A stretch of DNA of 46,053 nt, from the NCBI GenBank assembly GCA_900299055.1, contig OMII01000059.1, positions 1 through 46,053 of the forward strand, read 5' to 3'. The translations under genes and the position numbers were made by a program. Source of the DNA: Pseudomonadota bacterium (GTDB taxonomy: Bacteria; Bdellovibrionota_C; UBA2361; OMII01). The notes beneath the pieces are model-generated. The model was not told the DNA's origin. It saw only the letters and a list, made by a program, of their open reading frames with translations, and made no database searches. Positions 16,982-26,470 of the stretch are shown here, piece by piece. Numbering within the stretch: the stretch's first letter is position 1; each line of letters begins with the position of its first letter.

Positions 16982-17618
16982 CCTCTACGATGCAGAGCGG
17001 TTTGTTCTGCGACTTGAACAGATACTCAAATTCAGTGGGAATGTTTCCCTCACACCACGGACTCTGAAGGAGGTCGATAGAGTGCTTGCGCTGCGTCCAT
17101 AGCGCAGGCTTTAACAGCTCCACTGTTGAAGCGAAATACTCCTGATGGTCTGTCTTGTAACGTAGAAACCCATCCGGTCGCAGTAAGTTGTGCATAGTAG
17201 CGAGCATCGATTCATTGAGGATGCGATTTTTAAGCCAGCGCCTTTTATCCCAAGGGTCTGGATAGTTAACAAAAAACGCATCTACCTCTCCTGGCCCAAA
17301 TAGGTCAGCGATACACCGCGCATCAGTTCGAATGACAAGGACGTTTGAGAGGCCTAGTCGCTCTGCTTTTTCTCCGGTTTTAAAAGCTCGCTTGAAGCGA
17401 ATCTCCATGCCAACGCAGAGAGTGTCCGGATTTTGCTCAGCGAGCTTTAAGAGGTGTAGTCCCGAGCCGGAGCCGATCTCTACGTAGCATTTGGGAAATC
17501 GTGGTAGGTGCTCACGAATAGTTGCTTTGGCGCGGATAGGATCTTCGCGGTCACGTTCGGCCACGATGATATCTGGCTTTGTCTCTACCAGCTGAATGTA
17601 TTGGTTTTCCCACGTCAT
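16938..17618 (-). CDS. trmB: tRNA (guanine-N7)-methyltransferase
   Basis: 226 aa. It has EIGSGSGLHL (SAM motif I) and FVNYPDPWDKRRWLKNRIL (TrmB signature). Its 3' end overlaps the gntK 3' end by 44 nt, convergently. Confidence 0.85.
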   Translation of the reverse strand: MTWENQYIQLVETKPDIIVAERDREDPIRAKATIREHLPRFPKCYVEIGSGSGLHLLKLAEQNPDTLCVGMEIRFKRAFKTGEKAERLGLSNVLVIRTDARCIADLFGPGEVDAFFVNYPDPWDKRRWLKNRILNESMLATMHNLLRPDGFLRYKTDHQEYFASTVELLKPALWTQRKHSIDLLQSPWCEGNIPTEFEYLFKSQNKPLCIVEATKRSDTTTAQSPA

Positions 17619-17747
17619 ACGAGAGGTATACCTAAAGCGCTGAACTTATTCAAATTGGCCCTATCCACGGCGCCAAAAACCACGAGGCGCCGTAGCGGGG
17701 GTGCCTGTCTGCCTACAACGCGCATCTTACTCCTCAGCAGGAGAGAG

Positions 17748-18563
17748 ATGGTTTCAACGAGTGATTTCGAATACATGGGTCTTGGTATTGAGCGACGATT
17801 TGCTCGTTGTGCCGCATGGTGGGCGCCGCATCTCTCGTGTTCACGGGAGTTCATTGCGCGGTACTCGTATCCGGCATCCTCTATAGCGGTACTCGGAGCT
17901 GGACGCCTGCTTGACGTGGATCTGCAGCGGCTTCTCACTCGCTGCGAGATAGTGCATCTATTCGATGCCGATCCTCGCTGTGTTTCAGTGTGGAAGAGAC
18001 AAGCAGGTGATCTCTTCGGACGAAGAGTAGTGCCGCACATCGGCGACCTCACTCGTTCTCTTGTGACTTGGACTCGCGGGGTACCAGCAGCGCTGCGGGC
18101 ACGATCTCTTGGTGAGTACCTTCTTTCACTACAACCCGACAGGGATTTGCAACTAGGGCAATTCGACGCAATTATCTCCCTCAATCTCTTAGGTCAGCTA
18201 CCTTTGTATTGGCGTGACAAAGTCCAGGGCATCGTGCGTGACCTAGAGGTTGCTGATTGTGAAGCACTCGTCCACTCCATGGGAGAGCTTCAAAACGCAC
18301 ATCTTCATTTGCTTCATCAGAGTGGAGCATCGTGGAGTGTTGTTATTTCGGATACCGAATATTACTTCTATGATATCGACGCCTCGGAGTGGCGCGTTGA
18401 ACCCGCTTTGTTTGGATCTGGTCGCGAATCATGGCTAAATAGGGAGGCGAACGCCGAACTAATCGCCGTTGATTCGTGGTTGTGGCACATAGCGCCACAA
18501 CTTATTGAAGCAGAAGACGAGGGGGAAATTCACCGTGTTGAGGCACGCCTTTATCGCTACTAA
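17748..18563 (+). CDS. Hypothetical protein, possibly a Rossmann/class-I methyltransferase-like fold
   Basis: I trimmed the start to the ATG at 17748, which has an AGGAGAGAG RBS; the track ORF start at 17508 overlaps trmB. 271 aa. IAVLGAGRLLDVD and VHLFDADP resemble MTase motifs I and II. I recognise no family. Confidence 0.4.
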   Translation: MVSTSDFEYMGLGIERRFARCAAWWAPHLSCSREFIARYSYPASSIAVLGAGRLLDVDLQRLLTRCEIVHLFDADPRCVSVWKRQAGDLFGRRVVPHIGDLTRSLVTWTRGVPAALRARSLGEYLLSLQPDRDLQLGQFDAIISLNLLGQLPLYWRDKVQGIVRDLEVADCEALVHSMGELQNAHLHLLHQSGASWSVVISDTEYYFYDIDASEWRVEPALFGSGRESWLNREANAELIAVDSWLWHIAPQLIEAEDEGEIHRVEARLYRY

Positions 18564-18577
18564 GAGATGCAGTAGTT

Positions 18578-19399
18578 CTATTTCAGTGGCAAAAGAACAT
18601 TGGCGCCACCATGACCAACCGCAACTGACATCGGCGTCTTCCCATCCCATCGCTGAGCTATCTCGAGTTGAATCACCTCTGGTGACGCTTTGAGGGCATC
18701 ACCTTTGATGCTCACCGCCTTCGCCTCAGCTTCTGCTCGGACAATGGTAATCTCTGCCTGCTTTCGTTCCTTTTCCAATTCAAAATTTTTCGCAAGCGCT
18801 TCCTGCTCGCGAACTACTTTTTGTTCGATGGCGGCCTCCAGTTGATCGGATAGATCTATGTTAGTTAGGTTTATGTCTACGATCTGAAGAAGGTTTCCTA
18901 CCGCAGGGCGGAGCTTGGTGACGACGTCTTCTTTGACTCTCTCGCGGTTTTTTACAAGATCTTCCGCGCGAGACATTGCCGCTACTTGCTTCACAGTCTC
19001 TTGAATGCGGGGCTCGATAAGTGAAGCATAAGGTTCACCGCGGTACTGCTGAAAAAGCGTAACCACCTGACTTTCTGGCACTCGGTACATCACAGTGTAG
19101 CCGATGATCATGTTTTGCAGATCGCTTGAGAAACTCGCTGCACGTCCATCTGCCTTAAGTTGCATGATCGGAAAGTCAACGATTTGTTCCGCGAAGGGCC
19201 ATTTGAAAGTAATCCCCTCAGGGCGCTGCATCGGGTCGACTTTTCCCAGGAAGATCGAGATTCCTCGATGTCCCGGAGGAACGATGTGATACGCCTGAAA
19301 CGCGACAAAAAGAGCCGCGATTCCAAGGATAATAAACGAGCTAAAGGCCCGCTCCCGTTTGCCAAATGGAGGTGTGACGTCAATAATTCTCTCGTTCAT
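18578..19399 (-). CDS. SPFH/band-7 (prohibitin-like) membrane protein
   Basis: 273 aa. It has an N-terminal TM helix (FSSFIILGIAALFVAFQAY), an SPFH core (GHRGISIFLGKV...) and a C-terminal charged coiled-coil (EQEALAKNFELEKERKQAEI...). Confidence 0.85.
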   Translation of the reverse strand: MNERIIDVTPPFGKRERAFSSFIILGIAALFVAFQAYHIVPPGHRGISIFLGKVDPMQRPEGITFKWPFAEQIVDFPIMQLKADGRAASFSSDLQNMIIGYTVMYRVPESQVVTLFQQYRGEPYASLIEPRIQETVKQVAAMSRAEDLVKNRERVKEDVVTKLRPAVGNLLQIVDINLTNIDLSDQLEAAIEQKVVREQEALAKNFELEKERKQAEITIVRAEAEAKAVSIKGDALKASPEVIQLEIAQRWDGKTPMSVAVGHGGANVLLPLK

Positions 19400-19550
19400 G
19401 CTGTCCTTGCCTACTACTCACGCAGAGTATCCCTAAAAGCCTCTCCCGCAACAATCACAAAAGGCAGTGGATGCTGGAGGGTGTAGCAGCGAGGATGGGA
19501 AGAGTGTAGTCTACCGTTTAAAACTAGCACTATCGGAAGGAAGAGCTGGC

Positions 19551-20267
19551 ATGGACCTTTTTACCATCGAGAACGCGATCGCCGTTTTGACGCTCACATC
19601 GTTAGAGATCGTACTGGGAATTGATAATATTGTTTTTATAGCGATTATTGCTTCGCGTTTGGGGCCGGAGCGGCGCGATACTGCCCGTTTAATTGGTTTG
19701 TCAGTGGCGGTAGTTACGCGGCTGTTGCTCCTACTTACGCTGTCGTATCTGGCTTCCCTTACGTCACCACTTCTGGCTGCTATGGGCAAAAGTTTTAGTG
19801 GGCGAGACCTTATATTGATAGCTGGAGGTGTGTTTCTCATCTACAAAGCCACAAAAGAGATTCATGAGAAAACTGAGAAGCATGAGAGTGAACTCGATGT
19901 GGCGGGAGGAGCTGCTGTAGTGTCGCTGGCTGGCGTGGTCTCTCAGATCGTACTAATTGATATTATTTTCTCGCTCGACTCGGTTATTACAGCCGTTGGA
20001 ATGACGAATAATCTGCCGGTGATGGCCGCAGCTGTCGTGCTCGCAGTGGTGGTGATGCTTATCTTTTCGGGGGCGATCGTTGACTTTATTGAGGCAAACC
20101 CAACCGTCAAGATGTTAGCACTTTCATTTCTGCTTATGATCGGTTTTGTGCTTGTCCTGGATGGTGCTGGGCATCATATCGAGAAGGGATACATATATTT
20201 CGCCATGGCGTTTTCGCTCTCAGTTGAAATGCTAAACCTTCGAGCTGCCAAGAATCAGCGGTCCTGA
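19551..20267 (+). CDS. TerC family integral membrane protein
   Basis: I trimmed the start to the ATG at 19551. 238 aa. It has LEIVLGIDNIVFIAII and LIDIIFSLDSVITAVG, the duplicated TerC motifs. Confidence 0.85.
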   Translation: MDLFTIENAIAVLTLTSLEIVLGIDNIVFIAIIASRLGPERRDTARLIGLSVAVVTRLLLLLTLSYLASLTSPLLAAMGKSFSGRDLILIAGGVFLIYKATKEIHEKTEKHESELDVAGGAAVVSLAGVVSQIVLIDIIFSLDSVITAVGMTNNLPVMAAAVVLAVVVMLIFSGAIVDFIEANPTVKMLALSFLLMIGFVLVLDGAGHHIEKGYIYFAMAFSLSVEMLNLRAAKNQRS

Positions 20268-20287
20268 GAACGTCGAATAGTGTGGAA

Positions 20288-21274
20288 CTAAAGCGTTGAT
20301 GCTATTGCAGCGGCGCCATAGAGAGCCGCATGGTCGTCGTTGACGATAAATACAGGCGTAGCTTCGACACTTTCGCGCTGCTTTCCTTTGTTCAGATAGC
20401 CTTCAAGGAATCGCCCTTTGAGCAAGAATGGAGCTATCTTGGGAGGAATGCCCCCTCCAAGATAGACCCCGCCAGTGGCCAAAAAAGTAAGTACGATATT
20501 GCCGCAGTGGGCGCCAAGCATAGAGCAGAAGAGCTCTAGCGCTTGAGAAGCTAGCTCGTTTGATCCATCCATCGCATTTGCGGCGATAGCAGATGCTGAG
20601 ATGTTTTCCTGCTGGGCAAGGTCTACCTGAAGCGAAGAGTTTTGAGTGTCGCGAAGAAAACAATAGATGTTGACGAGGCCTGGACCGCACAGTACGGACT
20701 CAACGCTCACGTGTCCCAGCTTTTGTTGTAGATATTGCAACAACTCAATCTCGATCTTATTTGTTGGTGCGAAGTTCGCGTGCCCTCCCTCGGAGGGAAG
20801 CAGAACGCTCCAGCCTCCTTCTCGGTGTATCAAGGCGTGTCCGATGCCAGTTCCAGGGGCGACCACAACGCATGACCCAGCCCTGTCAACACTCCCGCTG
20901 CCTTCATACACTGTCGTAAGGCTTGTTGGGCCTAAGGTAGGAATTGCGGCCGCGGTGCTCACAAGGTCGTTGACTAATTTGACTTTGGTAATCCCGAGCC
21001 GATTAGCCACGCCTGATTGTACGACTTCCCACGGGAGATTCGTCACGCGCACTCTTCCGTTAATTACGGGGCCTGGGAGCCCGAAACACGCGGCCTCTAT
21101 TGGACTCTGGCTTGAAGTGGTGTGGGCGCTGAGAAAAGCATCAAGAATGCTCTCTAGGGTTTTAAAATCCTTGCTCGTATACTGGTCGGAGACCACAAGC
21201 TCGACTTTGCCTCCTCGGCGGTCGAACAATCCAATGCGGGCTTTCGTTCCACCAATATCTCCGGCAAGTATCAT
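20288..21274 (-). CDS. glk: Glucokinase
   Basis: 328 aa. It has the N-terminus MILAGDIGGTKARIGLF (ATP-binding motif of bacterial Glk) and a length typical of the Glk family. Confidence 0.85.
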   Translation of the reverse strand: MILAGDIGGTKARIGLFDRRGGKVELVVSDQYTSKDFKTLESILDAFLSAHTTSSQSPIEAACFGLPGPVINGRVRVTNLPWEVVQSGVANRLGITKVKLVNDLVSTAAAIPTLGPTSLTTVYEGSGSVDRAGSCVVVAPGTGIGHALIHREGGWSVLLPSEGGHANFAPTNKIEIELLQYLQQKLGHVSVESVLCGPGLVNIYCFLRDTQNSSLQVDLAQQENISASAIAANAMDGSNELASQALELFCSMLGAHCGNIVLTFLATGGVYLGGGIPPKIAPFLLKGRFLEGYLNKGKQRESVEATPVFIVNDDHAALYGAAAIASTL

Positions 21275-21660
21275 TGATTTATTTCCTTCGTATGAGTTCG
21301 TGATGTAGCCAGCACACAGCTACCATGCGCATCTGCTCCATCTCTTCTAATCATCGCTTACGCGATGACCGACTGCAAACCGCTCTCGGTATCGCTGGGG
21401 TGCGTCCAGTAGGGGCGCGCCCTAATCTGCGGTCGTTCCGCAGGTCTATCCTATAGCATTCAAAACAAAGTTCTCCAATAAAGGAAGATTCTGCGTCAAG
21501 ACGCTCGGCTCAGATGGTAATCACCTGCGATTTCATGGACTTCCCCGATAGGCCCTCGTATACTTCCCCTCTGTATGGAAAAGGTCGTCAGGGTAATGAT
21601 TCACGGCGCGGAGAGAGTAAGACCATCTTCTTGTGGTGCTGACAGTCGGGTGACGGGCCT

Positions 21661-23046
21661 ATGAAGATCCTTATGCTCGGATGGGAATATCCACCGCACA
21701 TTGCGGGGGGTCTTGGTACCGCGTGTGAGGGGCTAACTTCTGCTCTCGCCGACCAGGGAGTATCAATTCATTTTGTAGTCCCGCAGATCTTTGGAGACGA
21801 GAGAGTCGAGCACATGGTTTTTACCGACTCGGCTCGGAGAGGCATCGGGCCAACGACAATATCAGAGACTCCGAGTGGTAATGATCGAAGTGTACCACCG
21901 TACGAGGTAACCCGGGTACCTGCTTTTCTGACACCCTACTGGAGCCCAACGCAGTTTCGAGAAGCTGTTGCGGCAGCAACGCAGCAACAATGGGCATCTT
22001 TGCCAAGAGCGGTGCGAGAAGAACCGGTGGCAAAAGCGCTGCTTGAAGGGGAGGTCTACGGAGTGGACCTGATAAGCGCACTCGCACCTGCTCAAGAACC
22101 TAGCCATCAGGGTGAAGCGCAGGATAAGCTCGCGCCTGATATCTTCCGTGAGGTAGAGCGATTTACAGCGGACGTCATTGCGAGATTCTCGCGAGAAAGT
22201 TTTGATCTAATTCATGCCCACGATTGGATGACTTTTCCTGCGGCAGTCGCGCTAGCACAAGCGACACAAAAGCCGCTCGTTGTCCACATCCATAGCCTGG
22301 AGCAGGATCGAAGTGGGCTGCTTGGTAATGAATCTATAAAGCAAATTGAGCGTCTTGGTTTGGTCACAGCTGACCGTGTGATCGCAGTCAGCCATTACAC
22401 CAAGCGATCAATTGAACAATACCACGGCATCTCCTCAAAAAAGATCTTCGTCGTTCACAACGGGGTCTATCCCAGAAATGCGGTCATCGATTACCGCCTC
22501 AAAAAGACATGGCCACGGCACGTGGTGCTCTTCTTGGGGCGTGTTACATTCCAGAAAGGCCCAGATTATTTTGTGGATATTGCGTCTAGAGTTATTCCTC
22601 ACGTCCCGGATGTGCTTTTTGTGCTCGCCGGTAGTGGCGATATGCTGCCAGCGGTGATGGAGCAGGTTCGTTCGATGAAGCTCGGCTCCCACTTTCTCTT
22701 TCCGGGATTTCTCCAAGGTGACGAACTCGAAGAGATGTTCTCAATCGCCGATCTGTATGTGATGCCGTCAGTCTCGGAGCCCTTTGGGATTACCGCTCTT
22801 GAGGCGATCAGTTTTGATACGCCAGTGCTCATATCGAAACAATCGGGAGTCGCAGAGGTGTTGCAGCATGCGCTCAAAGCTGATTTTTGGGATATTGAGA
22901 GGATGGCCGACCTAATTATCAATTCTCTTTTGCACGAGGAGCTACGGCAGGAGATGGTAACTCGGGCACGGGATGAGGTGCGACGTCTTCACTGGGATGC
23001 TGCAGCGCTCAAGACGATAGAGGTCTACCATGACATGGTTCTCTGA
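21661..23046 (+). CDS. GT-B glycosyltransferase (GT4/GT5, glycogen/alpha-glucan synthase-like)
   Basis: 461 aa. It has MKILMLGWEYPPHIAGGLGTACEGL at the N-terminus and VMPSVSEPFGITALEA (EX7E-type motif). It is paired with a GH57 gene 40 nt downstream. Confidence 0.75.
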   Translation: MKILMLGWEYPPHIAGGLGTACEGLTSALADQGVSIHFVVPQIFGDERVEHMVFTDSARRGIGPTTISETPSGNDRSVPPYEVTRVPAFLTPYWSPTQFREAVAAATQQQWASLPRAVREEPVAKALLEGEVYGVDLISALAPAQEPSHQGEAQDKLAPDIFREVERFTADVIARFSRESFDLIHAHDWMTFPAAVALAQATQKPLVVHIHSLEQDRSGLLGNESIKQIERLGLVTADRVIAVSHYTKRSIEQYHGISSKKIFVVHNGVYPRNAVIDYRLKKTWPRHVVLFLGRVTFQKGPDYFVDIASRVIPHVPDVLFVLAGSGDMLPAVMEQVRSMKLGSHFLFPGFLQGDELEEMFSIADLYVMPSVSEPFGITALEAISFDTPVLISKQSGVAEVLQHALKADFWDIERMADLIINSLLHEELRQEMVTRARDEVRRLHWDAAALKTIEVYHDMVL

Positions 23047-23086
23047 CGAACTTTAATCGGTTCTTACGTTCGCCATTTGATACGCT

Positions 23087-24241
23087 ATGGCCACAGTTTG
23101 CTTCTATTTTCAAGTGCATCAGCCGTATCGAATACGCCGTTACTCTTTTTTTGATCGAGGCGCTTCGACCGAATATTTTAACGAAGCACTGAATCGCGAG
23201 GTTATGCAGCGAATCGCTGAGCGGTGCTATATACCGGCAAACAAGGCGCTCATGCGCTCGATAGAGCGGAGCGAAGGGCGTGTTCGGTTTGCTTTTTCTA
23301 TCTCAGGCACCGCAATTGCTCAGATGCGCGAATACGCACCCGAAGCGCTTGAGAGCTTTCGCCAGCTTTCTAGAACAGGGTGCGTTGAATTTCTTGCCGA
23401 AACCTACCATCACTCACTGGCAGCGCTTCGAAGTGAGGAAGAGTTTCGAGTTCAAGTAGCAATGCACCATGCGATTATACGCGAGGAGTTTGGTGTCTCG
23501 CCGAAAGTCTTTCGCAATACTGAATTACTCTACAGCGACCATATCGGAGCATTGATATCACAGCTTGGATATTCTGCTGTACTCGCAGAGGGCGTCTCAA
23601 GTGTTTTAGGATGGAGATCGGCGCATACGACATACAATGCGCCTGGGTCGTCTCTAAGAATTTTGCCAAAGAGTTCGACACTCTCGGATGATATCGCTTT
23701 TCGTTTTCGGACGGGACAAGGTGAGGGCGGTACGCTAACGGTTAACGCATTCATTGAGCGACTGCGTGTGGGGGTAGAAGACGGCGGGTTCGTTGGCCTG
23801 TTCATGGACTATGAGACGTTCGGAGAGCACCACTCTGAAAGTTTGGGAATTATGGCATTTCTTGAGAGCCTGCCATGTGCAATCTCGGCATTGCCAGGGT
23901 GGGAGACTCTTTCGCCTTCGGAGATCGTAGCGCGCTATGCATCGGCGGGAGCTCTTTCCTATCCTGACGTGACATCGTGGGCAGATGAGGCTCGTGATCT
24001 AAGCGCGTGGTGCGGCAACTCTATGCAACAAAGCGCATTAGAGAAAATATATGCCTTTATTCCGAAGAGTGAGTCCGTGAGGGAAGAGTGGAGAAGGTTG
24101 CAAGCTTCAGACCACTTTTATTATATGTCCACAAAGTCAGGACCAGATGGAGATGTACACTCATACTTCAGTCCGTTTGAGAGTCCGTATGATGCATTCA
24201 TTTCATACGCGAACGTGCTTTCCGATCTCGTGACGCGGTAG
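23087..24241 (+). CDS. Glycoside hydrolase family 57 (alpha-amylase-like)
   Basis: 384 aa. It has VCFYFQVHQPYRIRRY, FSISGTAIAQM, GCVEFLAETYHHSL and MDYETFGEH, which are GH57 conserved regions as I recall them. Confidence 0.8.
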   Translation: MATVCFYFQVHQPYRIRRYSFFDRGASTEYFNEALNREVMQRIAERCYIPANKALMRSIERSEGRVRFAFSISGTAIAQMREYAPEALESFRQLSRTGCVEFLAETYHHSLAALRSEEEFRVQVAMHHAIIREEFGVSPKVFRNTELLYSDHIGALISQLGYSAVLAEGVSSVLGWRSAHTTYNAPGSSLRILPKSSTLSDDIAFRFRTGQGEGGTLTVNAFIERLRVGVEDGGFVGLFMDYETFGEHHSESLGIMAFLESLPCAISALPGWETLSPSEIVARYASAGALSYPDVTSWADEARDLSAWCGNSMQQSALEKIYAFIPKSESVREEWRRLQASDHFYYMSTKSGPDGDVHSYFSPFESPYDAFISYANVLSDLVTR

Positions 24242-24276
24242 ATGTGTATTGAGCCCAGGATAGTAGAACGATACTT

Positions 24277-25014
24277 CTACCTTGGATTGAGCTTCTCGAA
24301 GATTTGATCGAGCGCCTCTCGTGAGGATAATCTGTTCCGTTCCGAAAACTCGAAGCCGAATTCCTGAGAACCTGATGCCAGTTGGTGCCAAGCGTGATCG
24401 GCAAAGGTATCGAGTGGTACTCCGTCGTCGTGAAGGCCTACTCCGCCTAGGTCGGTTTGTACCTTGGGCGGAATTACTTCCACAACGCGCACTGATGTGT
24501 CACGTAGCTGATGGCGCAAACTCAGTGTATAAGAATGAAGTGCCGCTTTTGTTGCGCAGTACATTGGCATGAATGCTAATGGCGAAAATGCCAAGCCAGA
24601 TGAAATGTTAATAATTGCAGCGTTGGGCTTGTTAATGAAGTGTTTGGCGAAGAGTAGAGAGAGATGGACGGGGGCTTCGAAGTTGATCGCAAGCTCTTGT
24701 CGATAAGTCGCGAAATCTTGTTCTGTCATCACCGATGGTGGACGATTCTGTATCCCCGCGTTGTTGATCAAAATATCGATGTCAGGGTGGTCGCTAGCAA
24801 CCTGCTCGAAGAGTTGCAGGCGCTCGCTCTCTGACGAGACGTCAGATCGGATTGTTATAAGTCCAGGCAGTTCGTGACGTGCGGCGTTGAGGCGATCGGC
24901 GCGGCGCCCACAGACGATCACCTTGCTGCGCACCGCTATAAATCTCTTCGCCAGAGCGAAGCCGATGCCTGTTGCGCCACCAGTGATAAGTACCGTCCTA
25001 TTACTCAAAATCAT
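24277..25014 (-). CDS. Short-chain dehydrogenase/reductase (SDR)
   Basis: 245 aa. It has the cofactor motif LITGGATGIGFA, then NNAG, and the catalytic YCATKAALHSY (YxxxK). Confidence 0.85.
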   Translation of the reverse strand: MILSNRTVLITGGATGIGFALAKRFIAVRSKVIVCGRRADRLNAARHELPGLITIRSDVSSESERLQLFEQVASDHPDIDILINNAGIQNRPPSVMTEQDFATYRQELAINFEAPVHLSLLFAKHFINKPNAAIINISSGLAFSPLAFMPMYCATKAALHSYTLSLRHQLRDTSVRVVEVIPPKVQTDLGGVGLHDDGVPLDTFADHAWHQLASGSQEFGFEFSERNRLSSREALDQIFEKLNPR

Positions 25015-25400
25015 TGTTATCTCTCCCTAGAGGGGTAGCTATAGCCGATCTATCCTACACTGCGGCTCCCTTCGCTAGGCTCGTAGTGATTATTCGTAGG
25101 CCAAACCTAAATAGTACCTATGCTACCCTTTTCACGGTGGAGTCGGTAGAGCTGCGTTGTTGAGCGTGCAATATCTACGTTTATACGGGTCTGTTGACCC
25201 GGCTTTTCAGGTGTCTCGTTGTAGGCTCGTTCCTGGGCTTCTCGAATATTCGGCCATAGCGGCTCTAAAAGTTGCGTACGCTGGAGAGCGCGATATGCTC
25301 CCTGCGCAGGGAGAAATGAGCTTTACGCTCATGACTAGTATGTGCCCCGACTTTATAAGACAGAGCTACGCAGCTAAGAATAAGAAGAGCCGATAGCGTC

Positions 25401-26321
25401 ATGAACAGATTACCCGAAACCGCACAAACCCCTGACAATCGAGCAGGTGAGATATCTTTGCAGCTGCCGGCGAGTGAAGTGGGCATAGCACAGGCACGTG
25501 AACGGGCATTTCAGAGGCTATACGAAGAGCGAGTTGCTGATCGCGCTCGTGCAAATGAATCTCGAGAAATTCGTCGGCGGGATTTCGTTAGAGCTGCCTC
25601 GCTGGGCGTCATTGCGACTCTCAGTTTTGGAAGCACCGTACGCACCATGATCAACGCGACTCCTCCCCGGGCTGCTACTTCCACCGATCCACGTTCCTCA
25701 ACAGCACCTCTAGTGTTTGCTACCTCGCGAGCGGGGAGCTTTGTGTGGGAAAATATCCTCTTTCAAGTCGGACAGTGGGCATTTGCTATGCTCGCTCAGG
25801 AGCATAAGCTTCCTATTGGAAACGCCTCGATGGCGGTGAATAACAACACTCTTCGCCAGGTAGATATAGAGCGAGCAGTGCGGTTATATGAGAAGAACCC
25901 CAGTCAGACATTTGAAATCTACAACATGGTCGGTGTTGTCGGACCAATAGTCGAAGAGGCAATATTCCGAGTGCTCCCGTCCCTTATAACCAGCTCGCCA
26001 GGAATTGAATGGCGTGTGGGTATACCGTTTAATGTTATTTATGCGCTAATGCACTCAGTTGTTCCTGAGAGTGCAGTAACGAAGCTATCCATCCCTATTT
26101 CAAACGACCAAAAGATAAGTCTCGATCATCTTCCTATCTCTCAGTTTTTGCTCGGTGCTTTTTGTTGGTACTGCGCGAGAAGCTACGGCTCGCTTGCGCC
26201 TATTTTGACACATACGCTCAATAATCAGTTTCCCGCTATAGTGCTCGCATGGGGTGGTAAGGAGACGTATGAGAGATTCCAAACTTTGTGCGCTGAGGAG
26301 CTTGCTCGGGGTGGGGAGTAG
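25401..26321 (+). CDS. CPBP (CAAX/Abi) family intramembrane glutamic protease with a long N-terminal extension
   Basis: 306 aa. It has VGPIVEEAIFRVLP (EExxxR motif), YALMHS and HTLNNQ (HxxxN/D motif). About 60 hydrophilic residues precede the first hydrophobic segment, RRRDFVRAASLGVIATLSF. Confidence 0.6.
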   Translation: MNRLPETAQTPDNRAGEISLQLPASEVGIAQARERAFQRLYEERVADRARANESREIRRRDFVRAASLGVIATLSFGSTVRTMINATPPRAATSTDPRSSTAPLVFATSRAGSFVWENILFQVGQWAFAMLAQEHKLPIGNASMAVNNNTLRQVDIERAVRLYEKNPSQTFEIYNMVGVVGPIVEEAIFRVLPSLITSSPGIEWRVGIPFNVIYALMHSVVPESAVTKLSIPISNDQKISLDHLPISQFLLGAFCWYCARSYGSLAPILTHTLNNQFPAIVLAWGGKETYERFQTLCAEELARGGE

Positions 26322-26470
26322 CTAGCTCCGGCGGGATTGAGTGCAAGTAGTTGAATTTCCGCCATGTCACGCCTCGTGTTTCATAAAGAGCAGCGTGCAA
26401 AGCACATTCACCATTCTATCTGTCATATCTAGTCAGGAGACCTGCCCGTCGAGCGAGAGGCGATAGGCGG

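Noticed and set aside
19400-19550. A possible yybP-ykoY (Mn2+) riboswitch upstream of the TerC-family gene. The string GGAGGGTGTAGCAGCGAGG vaguely resembles the conserved GGGGAGUAGC element.
   Set aside because: I could not build the four-helix architecture or a closing P1 helix. The leader is too short and the 3' conserved element is missing. A covariance-model scan with the Rfam yybP-ykoY model would settle it.
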